This document shows positions 37,985-46,107 of a stretch of 64,000 bases of DNA, piece after piece. The notes under the pieces were generated by a model that saw only the letters and a list, made by a program, of their open reading frames with translations, made no database searches and was not told where the DNA came from. Position numbers and translations under genes: made by a program. The stretch lies in the IMG/VR virus record IMGVR_UViG_3300034418_011250, positions 24,935 through 88,934 of that record. One strand, written 5' to 3'. Source of the stretch: a virus. Numbering within the stretch: position 1 is the first letter of the stretch; each line of letters begins with the position of its first letter.

Positions 37985-38610
37985 GGTCCTCTGTTTATTA
38001 TTTCAGGATTTTCTGTTGAAATTATTCTTTGGCTTTTAACTATTTCACGCCTTAATTGATTTATATTTTCAACAGTTCCATCTGATTTCATTGTAAATCT
38101 GACAAATGTTTCTTCTTGTCCTCTCCGCTCAAACCTTTTTGTTCCTTGATATATTTGCTTATATGGATTAAGTTTGACAACCTCAACACTTACATGTGTT
38201 GTCAAATCGTCATCTGAATTCTGATAATAAAAAGCATTTACAATATATTCTCCAGGAACAATACCTCGAATATTTACAACTTCACGATTTATGTGGACAA
38301 CTTTTCTTACATTATTCTCAAAATAAGAATCATTTCTATGTCCAAGATCATCACGATCTAGAAACATATTTCCTTGTTCAAGAGAAGTAAATCCAACTTT
38401 ACCAGTTGGACCTTCCATCCATAAATCTATGTCTTTATTATGATCCGCATCCCAATTCATAATAACCATAAATTCTGCTTTTGTTTCTATTCCTTCTTTT
38501 TTTGTGGGTTCATTGATTAGAATAAAACTAACAATGAAAAGAAAAACAAATCCAAGAATCAGATTAAAAAGTAAATCAATAAATGCAAGATTACTATTAT
38601 AAGATTTCAT
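37981..38610 (-). CDS. ExbD/TolR/MotB-type single-TM subunit with YfaP-like soluble domain
   Basis: AFIDLLFNLILGF TM with the conserved Asp; DIDLWMEGP...LDRDDLG...NREVV...GEYIVN. Confidence 0.65.
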   Translation of the reverse strand: MKSYNSNLAFIDLLFNLILGFVFLFIVSFILINEPTKKEGIETKAEFMVIMNWDADHNKDIDLWMEGPTGKVGFTSLEQGNMFLDRDDLGHRNDSYFENNVRKVVHINREVVNIRGIVPGEYIVNAFYYQNSDDDLTTHVSVEVVKLNPYKQIYQGTKRFERRGQEETFVRFTMKSDGTVENINQLRREIVKSQRIISTENPEIINRGP

Positions 38611-39034
38611 CTTTTGCTATGATTAGTTGCCACTTTATGAGAACACTAGACACTAGACCTACTAATGTAGTTAAAAGTGCTGTTCCCATTCCTTGTGCCA
38701 TCATCATCATACTCTGCTGAAGTTTTATTGTATCTGCTATATTTAATTCTGCAAATGCAGAATAAAGCATAAAGATAAATCCTACAACTGTTCCGATCAT
38801 TCCAAGACTAATGACTGTCTCAGATGTAAACCATTCCATTTCAAAATCATAATTTTCTTTGTAATACTTGTACCCAATGTTTAGTGTTGTAAAAGCAAAA
38901 ATAGCAAGTATTACAAAACTTAGTCTTGTGAAATCATTATAGTATAAAAATTCTACAAATGAAAAATACCAGCTTATTGAAGATGCTATGATTATTAGAA
39001 CAAATAATAACCACCATTTTAAAAATATTGACAT
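38597..39034 (-). CDS. MotA/TolQ/ExbB proton-channel family protein
   Basis: LGMIGTVVGF and GMGTALLTTLVGL channel helices. Confidence 0.8.
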   Translation of the reverse strand: MSIFLKWWLLFVLIIIASSISWYFSFVEFLYYNDFTRLSFVILAIFAFTTLNIGYKYYKENYDFEMEWFTSETVISLGMIGTVVGFIFMLYSAFAELNIADTIKLQQSMMMMAQGMGTALLTTLVGLVSSVLIKWQLIIAKDEIL

Positions 39035-39035
39035 G

Positions 39036-39455
39036 TTAATTTAATCCTTCACTAAATTTTTTCCAATCAATTGCGTTTTTAATTTGGAATCCTCTATTAT
39101 TTAGAGACTTTAAAATACCTTCCAGATATGCCAAAATGGTTTTATAAAATTCCCATTTATTTTTTAATTTTAATAATTCTTCGTCTGAATCAAGATATAT
39201 TGGTATATCTTGTTTTAAAATTGTTAAAGGAAAAGGAATTTCGCTCTTTCCAGTGTAAAATTCCCATTTGTTTCTATACAGAATCTTGTAATCAGATTCA
39301 GCTTGTTTGGCAAGAACATTATAATTTGCAAAATAATTAAGGTATTTGTGCTGGAGTTCTGGTATTCTGAGGGATTCAATATCAAGATTATCTTTCTCAA
39401 GTTTCATATCTTTTTCTGCAATATCTCGCAGTTCATCAAAAGTCATAATTTCCAC
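39036..39455 (-). CDS. uvsY: Recombination mediator UvsY
   Basis: ESLRIPELQHKYL...WEFYTGK...RGFQIKNAIDW. Confidence 0.88.
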   Translation of the reverse strand: MEIMTFDELRDIAEKDMKLEKDNLDIESLRIPELQHKYLNYFANYNVLAKQAESDYKILYRNKWEFYTGKSEIPFPLTILKQDIPIYLDSDEELLKLKNKWEFYKTILAYLEGILKSLNNRGFQIKNAIDWKKFSEGLN

Positions 39456-39473
39456 TCCTACATAATTTAAAAT

Positions 39474-39481
39474 TATTTATA
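39474..39481 (-). promoter_or_regulatory. Late promoter TATAAATA for uvsY, the motor genes and uvsW
   Basis: Exact match overlapping the gp3 stop codon. Confidence 0.75.
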
Positions 39482-40010
39482 GTCTTCTTAATTCAATATC
39501 AGAAAATTTAAATGTTGCGGTTGCAGAAAGAGATACAACATCAGTTTGTTGCGTATCATATTCTAATCCAGTCAATGTGATAGGATAAACGTCTTTATAA
39601 ACAATTTGAAGTAATGGATTATTTTTGTTTGACAGGATTGTCAATGTGGCTTCAGAAAACATGTTTTGAGGTTCTTGCTCACTTTCTGTTATCATAGCAG
39701 CAAATTCACCTCTGGTTGCAGGGAAAGCAATTCCTCGAACCCAATTGTAAATTTCTTCCCAATTTTCAAGGGATTCATTTACCATAAATTTTACAGATAA
39801 ATCTTCATATTCTAAAATATCAGCACCATTGTAAAATGCTTTAAATGGAGTATTTATTTCAGCATCACCTGTGTGTGAAACTTGAGGAACATTTGCTGCA
39901 ACAATAAAATATTCTACATTAGGAAGTCTTGCTATTTGAAAACGAAACTGAGAAGGAGCAGCGTAGTCTATATTGGTAGGGATTCGATTTGCGGCAACTA
40001 AATCAACCAT
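39477..40010 (-). CDS. gp3: Tail completion / tube terminator gp3-like
   Basis: FRFQIARLPNVEYF...FMVNESLENWEEIYNW...ATLTIL; position after gp23. Confidence 0.75.
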   Translation of the reverse strand: MVDLVAANRIPTNIDYAAPSQFRFQIARLPNVEYFIVAANVPQVSHTGDAEINTPFKAFYNGADILEYEDLSVKFMVNESLENWEEIYNWVRGIAFPATRGEFAAMITESEQEPQNMFSEATLTILSNKNNPLLQIVYKDVYPITLTGLEYDTQQTDVVSLSATATFKFSDIELRRL

Positions 40011-40023
40011 AATTTTTCCTATA

Positions 40024-40058
40024 AAATAGAGAAGTAGAATTGCTCTACTTCTCTATTT
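40024..40058 (-). terminator. 15-bp hairpin after gp23, overlapping late promoter TATAAATA at 40054-40061
   Basis: AAATAGAGAAGTAGA-GCAAT-TCTACTTCTCTATTT. Confidence 0.75.
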
Positions 40059-40067
40059 ATAAGAGAA

Positions 40068-41354
40068 TTACATCAAGTTAAGAACTTTAACATTTCTGTA
40101 ATATTGGTTTGTTCGAGGAGTTAGTGCTCCACCAAGAACAGCGGATCCACCAGCAAATGGATTAGAAGTCATGCCGTAGCGTGTCTTGAATCCGATTTTT
40201 GGTTGGAAGGAATTGCTGTCAACCGCACGAACCATTTGCAATGGAACGTATGGGCAATAGAATACGCCAGCATCAGCAAAAGATGAACCTTTGTATCCAA
40301 TTACATAGTATTGAGTGGCAGAAGCATTTGCTGCATATGGATCGATGTATACTCGATATCGACCATTCAATACACCAGCAAAAGTATTTCCTGTGTCATC
40401 GTCGCCCAAGTTGTTGCTCAATGCAGGTGTGTAATCCAATTTACCTGCTTGATTCAATGCACTTGCAACATCAGATGAACAGATAATTACGTTACCACGT
40501 CCACGTCTTGTTTGTTGAGCAATTACGTTTGCATCACGCTCAATTTGGTACATCAATCCTTTGAACTTTTCTACACTCCATCGTCCATTTGAATCAACAT
40601 CCAAATCAAATTCTCCAGGATTTGCTGTATCAACAGCAGCACCTTTTACCGCAACACGATAAATGGTTCTGATTACTTCTCGGTTGATTTCTGTCAAGAT
40701 TTCGGAAGAAAGAATGTTGGCCAATTCGGTTTCAGCATCAAGTCCATGAATTGCTTTCAAGTCTTGTGCCAATTCCATTGAATATTCTGCTTTCAATGCT
40801 CTTGATTTTGCTTCTACACTGAACTTCTCAATTGAGAATGCCATTTCAGCAAAAGGATTACCAGCAGAGTCTCCCAATGCTTCTGCAGTAGTAGTTGAAA
40901 ATGCAGTACCTGTGGTGTAGTTAGATCCAGCATTACTGTCATTCAATACTCCAGGATTTGTTCCTGTTTGAGTTCCTGTTCCTGACCATGCTGTATTTGC
41001 TTCATCATAGAATGCTTCTGTTCCTGCTTGAGAATCATATCTGCTTCTCATTGCAAATACCAATCCAGTTGGTCCAGTCATTGGCTGAACGCCAGCAACA
41101 TCATATGCAATCAAGTTAGGCATTGCACGTCTTACCAAAGAAATCAAAATTGGATCCCAGTTAGAAATGCCAGCGCCTGTAGAGTTGGTTGGTGCAGCTT
41201 CTGACAAGAATCTTGCATCTTCTTGCAATGCACGCTCTTGGTTTTCCAAAATTACCGAAGTAACTGCTCTTCGGTGTTTATCATTAATGGGTGACAACTC
41301 TTGATGATTCAAGACGGGAGCCCATTTTTCTTGAAGGTGTTCTGATTTGAACAT
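40068..41354 (-). CDS. gp23: Major capsid protein gp23
   Basis: GVQPMTGPTGLVFAMR, SRALKAEYS, YCPYVPLQ, FQPKIGFKTRYG. Confidence 0.98.
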   Translation of the reverse strand: MFKSEHLQEKWAPVLNHQELSPINDKHRRAVTSVILENQERALQEDARFLSEAAPTNSTGAGISNWDPILISLVRRAMPNLIAYDVAGVQPMTGPTGLVFAMRSRYDSQAGTEAFYDEANTAWSGTGTQTGTNPGVLNDSNAGSNYTTGTAFSTTTAEALGDSAGNPFAEMAFSIEKFSVEAKSRALKAEYSMELAQDLKAIHGLDAETELANILSSEILTEINREVIRTIYRVAVKGAAVDTANPGEFDLDVDSNGRWSVEKFKGLMYQIERDANVIAQQTRRGRGNVIICSSDVASALNQAGKLDYTPALSNNLGDDDTGNTFAGVLNGRYRVYIDPYAANASATQYYVIGYKGSSFADAGVFYCPYVPLQMVRAVDSNSFQPKIGFKTRYGMTSNPFAGGSAVLGGALTPRTNQYYRNVKVLNLM

Positions 41355-41390
41355 TGTATTTAAACTCCTAAAAATTATTTAAATTATTTA

Positions 41391-42524
41391 TTAAAACTTG
41401 TTTTTTGTGATACTAATTGCTTGCAAATATTTTGCCATAGAACCACTTACTTCTACATCCTCAACTGAAGTGTCTTGTGCGTCAACAGATTCAGAAATAG
41501 TTTTTGTCTTTGGGAAGTAACTTTCTTTCAAAGCATTCAATTTGAATCTAAAAGACTCTTCATCAATATACTCTGTTTCAGTTACCAATGACTCAAACTT
41601 TTCTTTTTCTGTATCACTCAAATCTCCAGAAACTTCAACAAAAATAGATTCTCTAATGTATTTTGAAACTTCGTTCTTCAATTCAACACTGTTTTGAATC
41701 TGCTCGTTGAGTTTATTTTCCAAATATTCAATTTGCTGAGCTTGTGACTCAAGGATGTCATATTTCTCATTTGGTACATCAATATAATGCTCTTCAAACA
41801 ATCCTTTCAATCCAGCAATAAAGTCTTCGGCAATTTCACCCTTCAATCCCCGTTCAACTGCTAGTTGATTTTCGGTCATCCATTGTTCTACAACATAATT
41901 CAAGTATTTGTCAACTTTCTCAGTTAGCTCATCTTTATAAACATCAACAAATTCGTTAATTTCTTCTTCTTTTTCTTCTTCCAATCTTTGAATCTCTTCA
42001 CGCAATTTTGATTTAACTGCTGCTTCAAAGATTACAGAAGCCTTTTCTTTAAATTCTTCAGAAAGATCATGACCTTCAGTCAATGCATTAACATCTTCTG
42101 AAACATCAATAGAAGCAAGACGATCTTCAAAAGATTCTTTTTTCATCTTTTTCTTCTCTTCCATCTCTTCTTCTTCATCCTCTTCTTCATCATCTTCCAT
42201 GTCCATGGCTTCGTCCATGTCCTCTTCTTCATCATCTTCTTCGTCTTCGTCTTCCATCTCTTTCATGGACATTTTCTTTTTCTCTTCCAACTCTTCTGCG
42301 TCTTCCATATCAAATTCTGTTGAAGCAGAAATTGTTTTTGGTTGAGCAGCTTTTTTCATTTTACTGGCTGCAGCTTCAGGCTTTTCACCTAAATCTTCAG
42401 TTTCTCCAGAAACGGATTGCATTTTATCTGGACTCTTAGCAGATTTCTTGGGAGCATTTGCATCGTTCATTTCTTCCAAAATTTCTGCTTCAAGTTGTTC
42501 AATTGTCTTGTCTAGTTCTGACAT
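41391..42524 (-). CDS. gp22: Prohead core scaffold gp22
   Basis: LSEEFKEKASVIFEAAV, VDKYLNYVVEQW; acidic tract; start MSELDK. Confidence 0.92.
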   Translation of the reverse strand: MSELDKTIEQLEAEILEEMNDANAPKKSAKSPDKMQSVSGETEDLGEKPEAAASKMKKAAQPKTISASTEFDMEDAEELEEKKKMSMKEMEDEDEEDDEEEDMDEAMDMEDDEEEDEEEEMEEKKKMKKESFEDRLASIDVSEDVNALTEGHDLSEEFKEKASVIFEAAVKSKLREEIQRLEEEKEEEINEFVDVYKDELTEKVDKYLNYVVEQWMTENQLAVERGLKGEIAEDFIAGLKGLFEEHYIDVPNEKYDILESQAQQIEYLENKLNEQIQNSVELKNEVSKYIRESIFVEVSGDLSDTEKEKFESLVTETEYIDEESFRFKLNALKESYFPKTKTISESVDAQDTSVEDVEVSGSMAKYLQAISITKNKF

Positions 42525-42565
42525 TTGGTATACTCCTTGAAAAGTTCGAATATTATATTTATTTA

Positions 42566-43213
42566 TCACATTATTGATTTGAAGAATTTTGCGAATGCAA
42601 GTGCTTGATACTTTGTCTGTTTTGCTCTTGCACCTTTTTCAATATCCTCTTTAATCTCATTCACTGCAACTTCTTTCAACAATCCATTGTCCCAGATCCA
42701 TTCTTTGCCTTCCATAATACCCTCAACAAATGCTTGAGGAGCAGAAGGATCCGCAACAATATCTGCAGCAGTTGCAAGATAAAAATCATCCTTTACATAA
42801 TTGACACCATTTCTTGACTCTAGAGAACCCATTCCTCTAGAAGAAACTCCCAATTTACCACCATCACTAATAAGTGCCTTCGCAATTTCCCCCATAGGTG
42901 TAGAAAGTAATTTTGCTTCACCAATGAAGTTCTTTCCATCCGGTTCTAATCTTGTAATCATGTGTGAAACACGATCAAGATTAACAGTAGGGCCATCTGG
43001 ATGTCCAAGTTCACCAAATGCTCGCCCTTGCTTTATGAATTCTTCGTTATATCTTTTGACTTCTTTTTCTAATACATTAAAAGGATAAACACGTCCATTG
43101 CGATTCTTTTGTTCAGATTGCATGAATATACCACGAATCTTCATACTCTTAGAACCAGATTTATCCTCAATGATATATTCTACATCTTGAATGTGTTCCG
43201 CAATAAGTTTCAT
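42566..43213 (-). CDS. gp21: Prohead protease gp21
   Basis: NRNGRVYP, GELGHP, GVSSRGMGS, DIVADPSAP. Confidence 0.96.
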   Translation of the reverse strand: MKLIAEHIQDVEYIIEDKSGSKSMKIRGIFMQSEQKNRNGRVYPFNVLEKEVKRYNEEFIKQGRAFGELGHPDGPTVNLDRVSHMITRLEPDGKNFIGEAKLLSTPMGEIAKALISDGGKLGVSSRGMGSLESRNGVNYVKDDFYLATAADIVADPSAPQAFVEGIMEGKEWIWDNGLLKEVAVNEIKEDIEKGARAKQTKYQALAFAKFFKSIM

Positions 43214-43221
43214 GTTTGTTC

Positions 43222-43470
43222 CTATACTTCTAATGTTTCTTTTTCAAAATATTGAACCAATGCTTTTGCTTCAACTTTATGTTTTTTGGCAGTCTTTTCA
43301 ATAAACTTATCAAATGTTGCCAGAAAGTCAGATGGATTACTTTCTAAAAACTTAAAAACATCATCAACAGCTTTCTTCATTCTAGGTGATAATGTTTTAT
43401 ATCTATCAGAAAGTTTGTATTCATTCTTTTCTTGTAACTGTGAAAAAAATGTTTCAAACGGTTTATGCAT
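43222..43470 (-). CDS. Small prohead core protein (gp68 position)
   Basis: Synteny between gp20 and gp21. Confidence 0.5.
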   Translation of the reverse strand: MHKPFETFFSQLQEKNEYKLSDRYKTLSPRMKKAVDDVFKFLESNPSDFLATFDKFIEKTAKKHKVEAKALVQYFEKETLEV

Positions 43471-43472
43471 AA

Positions 43473-43934
43473 TTAACTTTTAGGTTCAAAAGATTCAAAG
43501 TATTTCATGCCGTCATCATCAGAAACTGGATTGACTTTTCTTTTTTTCAATTCTTTTCCTATAAGAACAGTCAATGGGTGTAATTTACCGCTACCTGATC
43601 CTCCATACCCCATATTATGAAAATACAAATACAATAAAAATTGTGTAGGAGTTTTAGAAATATTTGCTGTATCATCTTCTATCTTTTCAGCCCAATCATC
43701 TGCTTTTTGATGATCTTTATCAGTAAAAGCCTTTGTGATTTTAAAACCTAAATCGTCTTTAGCTTCTTGTATATCAGAAGAATTAATAAATGATTTTGCA
43801 ACTTCTATTCTTTTTGTTTGTAAAGCATCACTAATTTTTATTGACATCTCAGAATCAAAGTTACTTTGAGCGTTGATATTATCTCCAGCATCAATCGCAT
43901 CAATAAAATCTCTCAAAAAATTATTATCGCTCAT
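43473..43934 (-). CDS. Prohead core protein (gp67-like N-terminus with extension)
   Basis: KISDALQTKRIEVAKSF; directly downstream of gp20. Confidence 0.55.
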   Translation of the reverse strand: MSDNNFLRDFIDAIDAGDNINAQSNFDSEMSIKISDALQTKRIEVAKSFINSSDIQEAKDDLGFKITKAFTDKDHQKADDWAEKIEDDTANISKTPTQFLLYLYFHNMGYGGSGSGKLHPLTVLIGKELKKRKVNPVSDDDGMKYFESFEPKS

Positions 43935-43935
43935 G

Positions 43936-45525
43936 TTATTTTTCCTTTAAATATTGTGCTTTAACTTCTTCTTGTTCATCCTTTTCAGGTTCATTATCTT
44001 TTGGTTCTTCATCAGGTTCTGGAGATGGTGATGAATCATTACTATCAACACCAAATTCATCATACTCACCATCTTCTTTTTCATCTTCAATCTGATCTTC
44101 TATTTCTTCTATTTCTTCATCAGACATTTTAAGAATATTTTTCTTTACCCATTCTTTAGAGAAGAACTGACCAACATATGTTTCGACTTGAGCAAGCATG
44201 TCAAGTCGTTCTCTCATAACTTCTGCATTCTTTAATTCTGTAAAATGTCCATCTTGCAAAAAGTCAAACTGAATATGTTCTTTAAGATCGACCCATTCAT
44301 CTGCAGCAATTACACCTTTGAGAATAAGCTGTGTTTGAAGAAGATCATGAAAAAGAACGACAAACTTTTTTCTTATTCTTTGAACAAATTTTGTAAACTT
44401 TAGCTCATCTCTTGTAATGTTATCAGAACGTCCAATTGAGAATGTTGCTTCCGATTCTAATCTGGAAATTGGAACATTTAATGAGCGATAAAGTTTCTTT
44501 TTGAAATATTCTATGTCATCAATTTCGCCAAGATTAGATCCTCCAGGAAGTGTGGAAATTTCTGTTCCTCTTCCACCTTCTCTTCTTGGAAGCCAGAAAT
44601 CCTCCAACATTGACATGTGATTTCTGTCATCTCGAATCTCACCTGTTTTAGCATCATAAACTAATTTGTTTCTATAACGATTCATTACATCTTTGAGATA
44701 CTGCTCAGCTTTTGCTTTTGGTAGATTACCTACATCGATGTAAAAGATTCTTCTTTCTGGTGCTCTTGAAATACGATATATAACCAGCGCATCTTCAATC
44801 ATTCTCAGTTGATTGACTGGTTTAATTGCTTTGTGGAGATGGGAAAGAACAAGACCTTTCTGGGCATCAATTAGACCAGATGGGCAATATGCTATTGAAT
44901 CTTTGGTCAACCTTAGTCCGGATGCTGACCCTGTTGCATATTCTATACCTTTTTCGTTGTAGACGTAAAACTCATCGACTCCTACAACTACATCGGCTCC
45001 GTCTTTGTTCTTTCCTTTTTGTATCTCCCTCATTTTTTTGATCTTACGAGGATCAATATATCTTAATTCAACAAGACCATTTTTGGGATTATTTGAATCA
45101 ATAATTTTATGATAGTATATTCTTCCATCAACATACCATCTTCTAAAAATGTCATGCCCTTTGGCATTGAAATCCAAAAGACTTAAAATGGTGTCAAATT
45201 CTTCTCGAATTTTCTTTTTTATCTTTTCGGAATATTCTAATCTATCCAATGAGACAGATACTGATTGATCTCTCTCATTGGATACGATTGCTTCATTCAC
45301 AATATCTTCAATTGCAGAATCGCATTCAGGATGCATTGCAATATCCCGATATCTTCTCAGAAGATCAAGTTCTCCTCTATCTCGACCTTCCATGTCAAGA
45401 TATTCTGAGAAGAACCCACCTCCTGCAATATCATAAGAACCATCATCTGAAGTAGGAAGAGTCGGCTGACCCTTCTTTACTTCATCATTAGCTCTTGTGA
45501 TTTTGAAACCAAATATTTGTGCCAT
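43936..45525 (-). CDS. gp20: Portal protein gp20
   Basis: RRWYVDGR, RAPERRIFYIDVGNLPK, EDFWLPRREGGRGTEI. Confidence 0.98.
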   Translation of the reverse strand: MAQIFGFKITRANDEVKKGQPTLPTSDDGSYDIAGGGFFSEYLDMEGRDRGELDLLRRYRDIAMHPECDSAIEDIVNEAIVSNERDQSVSVSLDRLEYSEKIKKKIREEFDTILSLLDFNAKGHDIFRRWYVDGRIYYHKIIDSNNPKNGLVELRYIDPRKIKKMREIQKGKNKDGADVVVGVDEFYVYNEKGIEYATGSASGLRLTKDSIAYCPSGLIDAQKGLVLSHLHKAIKPVNQLRMIEDALVIYRISRAPERRIFYIDVGNLPKAKAEQYLKDVMNRYRNKLVYDAKTGEIRDDRNHMSMLEDFWLPRREGGRGTEISTLPGGSNLGEIDDIEYFKKKLYRSLNVPISRLESEATFSIGRSDNITRDELKFTKFVQRIRKKFVVLFHDLLQTQLILKGVIAADEWVDLKEHIQFDFLQDGHFTELKNAEVMRERLDMLAQVETYVGQFFSKEWVKKNILKMSDEEIEEIEDQIEDEKEDGEYDEFGVDSNDSSPSPEPDEEPKDNEPEKDEQEEVKAQYLKEK

Positions 45526-45557
45526 AATTTATTTTTATCCTACTAATGTTGTAGAAT

Positions 45558-45565
45558 TATTTATA
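45558..45565 (-). promoter_or_regulatory. Late promoter TATAAATA for gp20
   Basis: Exact match, intergenic. Confidence 0.8.
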
Positions 45566-46105
45566 TTAATTGATTTGGAACTCAGTGTATCTCCAAGTCA
45601 CATCAAATGTTTCAACTTCATTTCGAGTATCCCAGTTCAACTCGATAGGTGCAATTACTGTTGGCCAGCAATTTAAAAGAGTATAAGATTTCAATACTTC
45701 ATCCTCTGCGCCTCTTCCCAGTTGTCTAACAGTCATTTGCCCCATGTAAGAAGTAATATTACCTGCAGCAGAACCACCAACTGATACGTTAGTATTCAAA
45801 TTATTGATGGTATTCATCCAATCCTCAAGTTTTTTTCTTACAGCAAAATCAGTATCATTAATGATAGTAGTTGTCCATGTATCGAATGTTCTATCACCAT
45901 CCAAATACAAGATACGACCACGATAGTTAATAGCAACTTCTTCGATGGTATGACCTGGAAGAGATGCTGCTTTAATAAAGAAGCTATCCGAAGTATCTCC
46001 TGGAGCGGTTCCTCCTGGAGTTGCAAGAAATACTTCAAATTGATTAGCTCTTGCACCACCTTTTTGAAATGCGCTGGTAAATCCGTTTAATGCTAAAGTT
46101 GTCAT
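45566..46105 (-). CDS. gp19: Tail tube protein gp19
   Basis: GGARANQF, GDRTFDTWTTTIIND, ETFDVTW. Confidence 0.93.
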   Translation of the reverse strand: MTTLALNGFTSAFQKGGARANQFEVFLATPGGTAPGDTSDSFFIKAASLPGHTIEEVAINYRGRILYLDGDRTFDTWTTTIINDTDFAVRKKLEDWMNTINNLNTNVSVGGSAAGNITSYMGQMTVRQLGRGAEDEVLKSYTLLNCWPTVIAPIELNWDTRNEVETFDVTWRYTEFQIN

Positions 46106-46107
46106 GA

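Noticed and set aside
37505-39034. Zorya defence system or flagellar stator
   Set aside because: No long ZorA tail, no OmpA-like peptidoglycan-binding domain, and no ZorC/D/E or flagellar genes.
42140-42310. Low-complexity TCTTC/TCATC run
   Set aside because: Encodes the acidic Glu/Asp tract of scaffold gp22, normal for the family.
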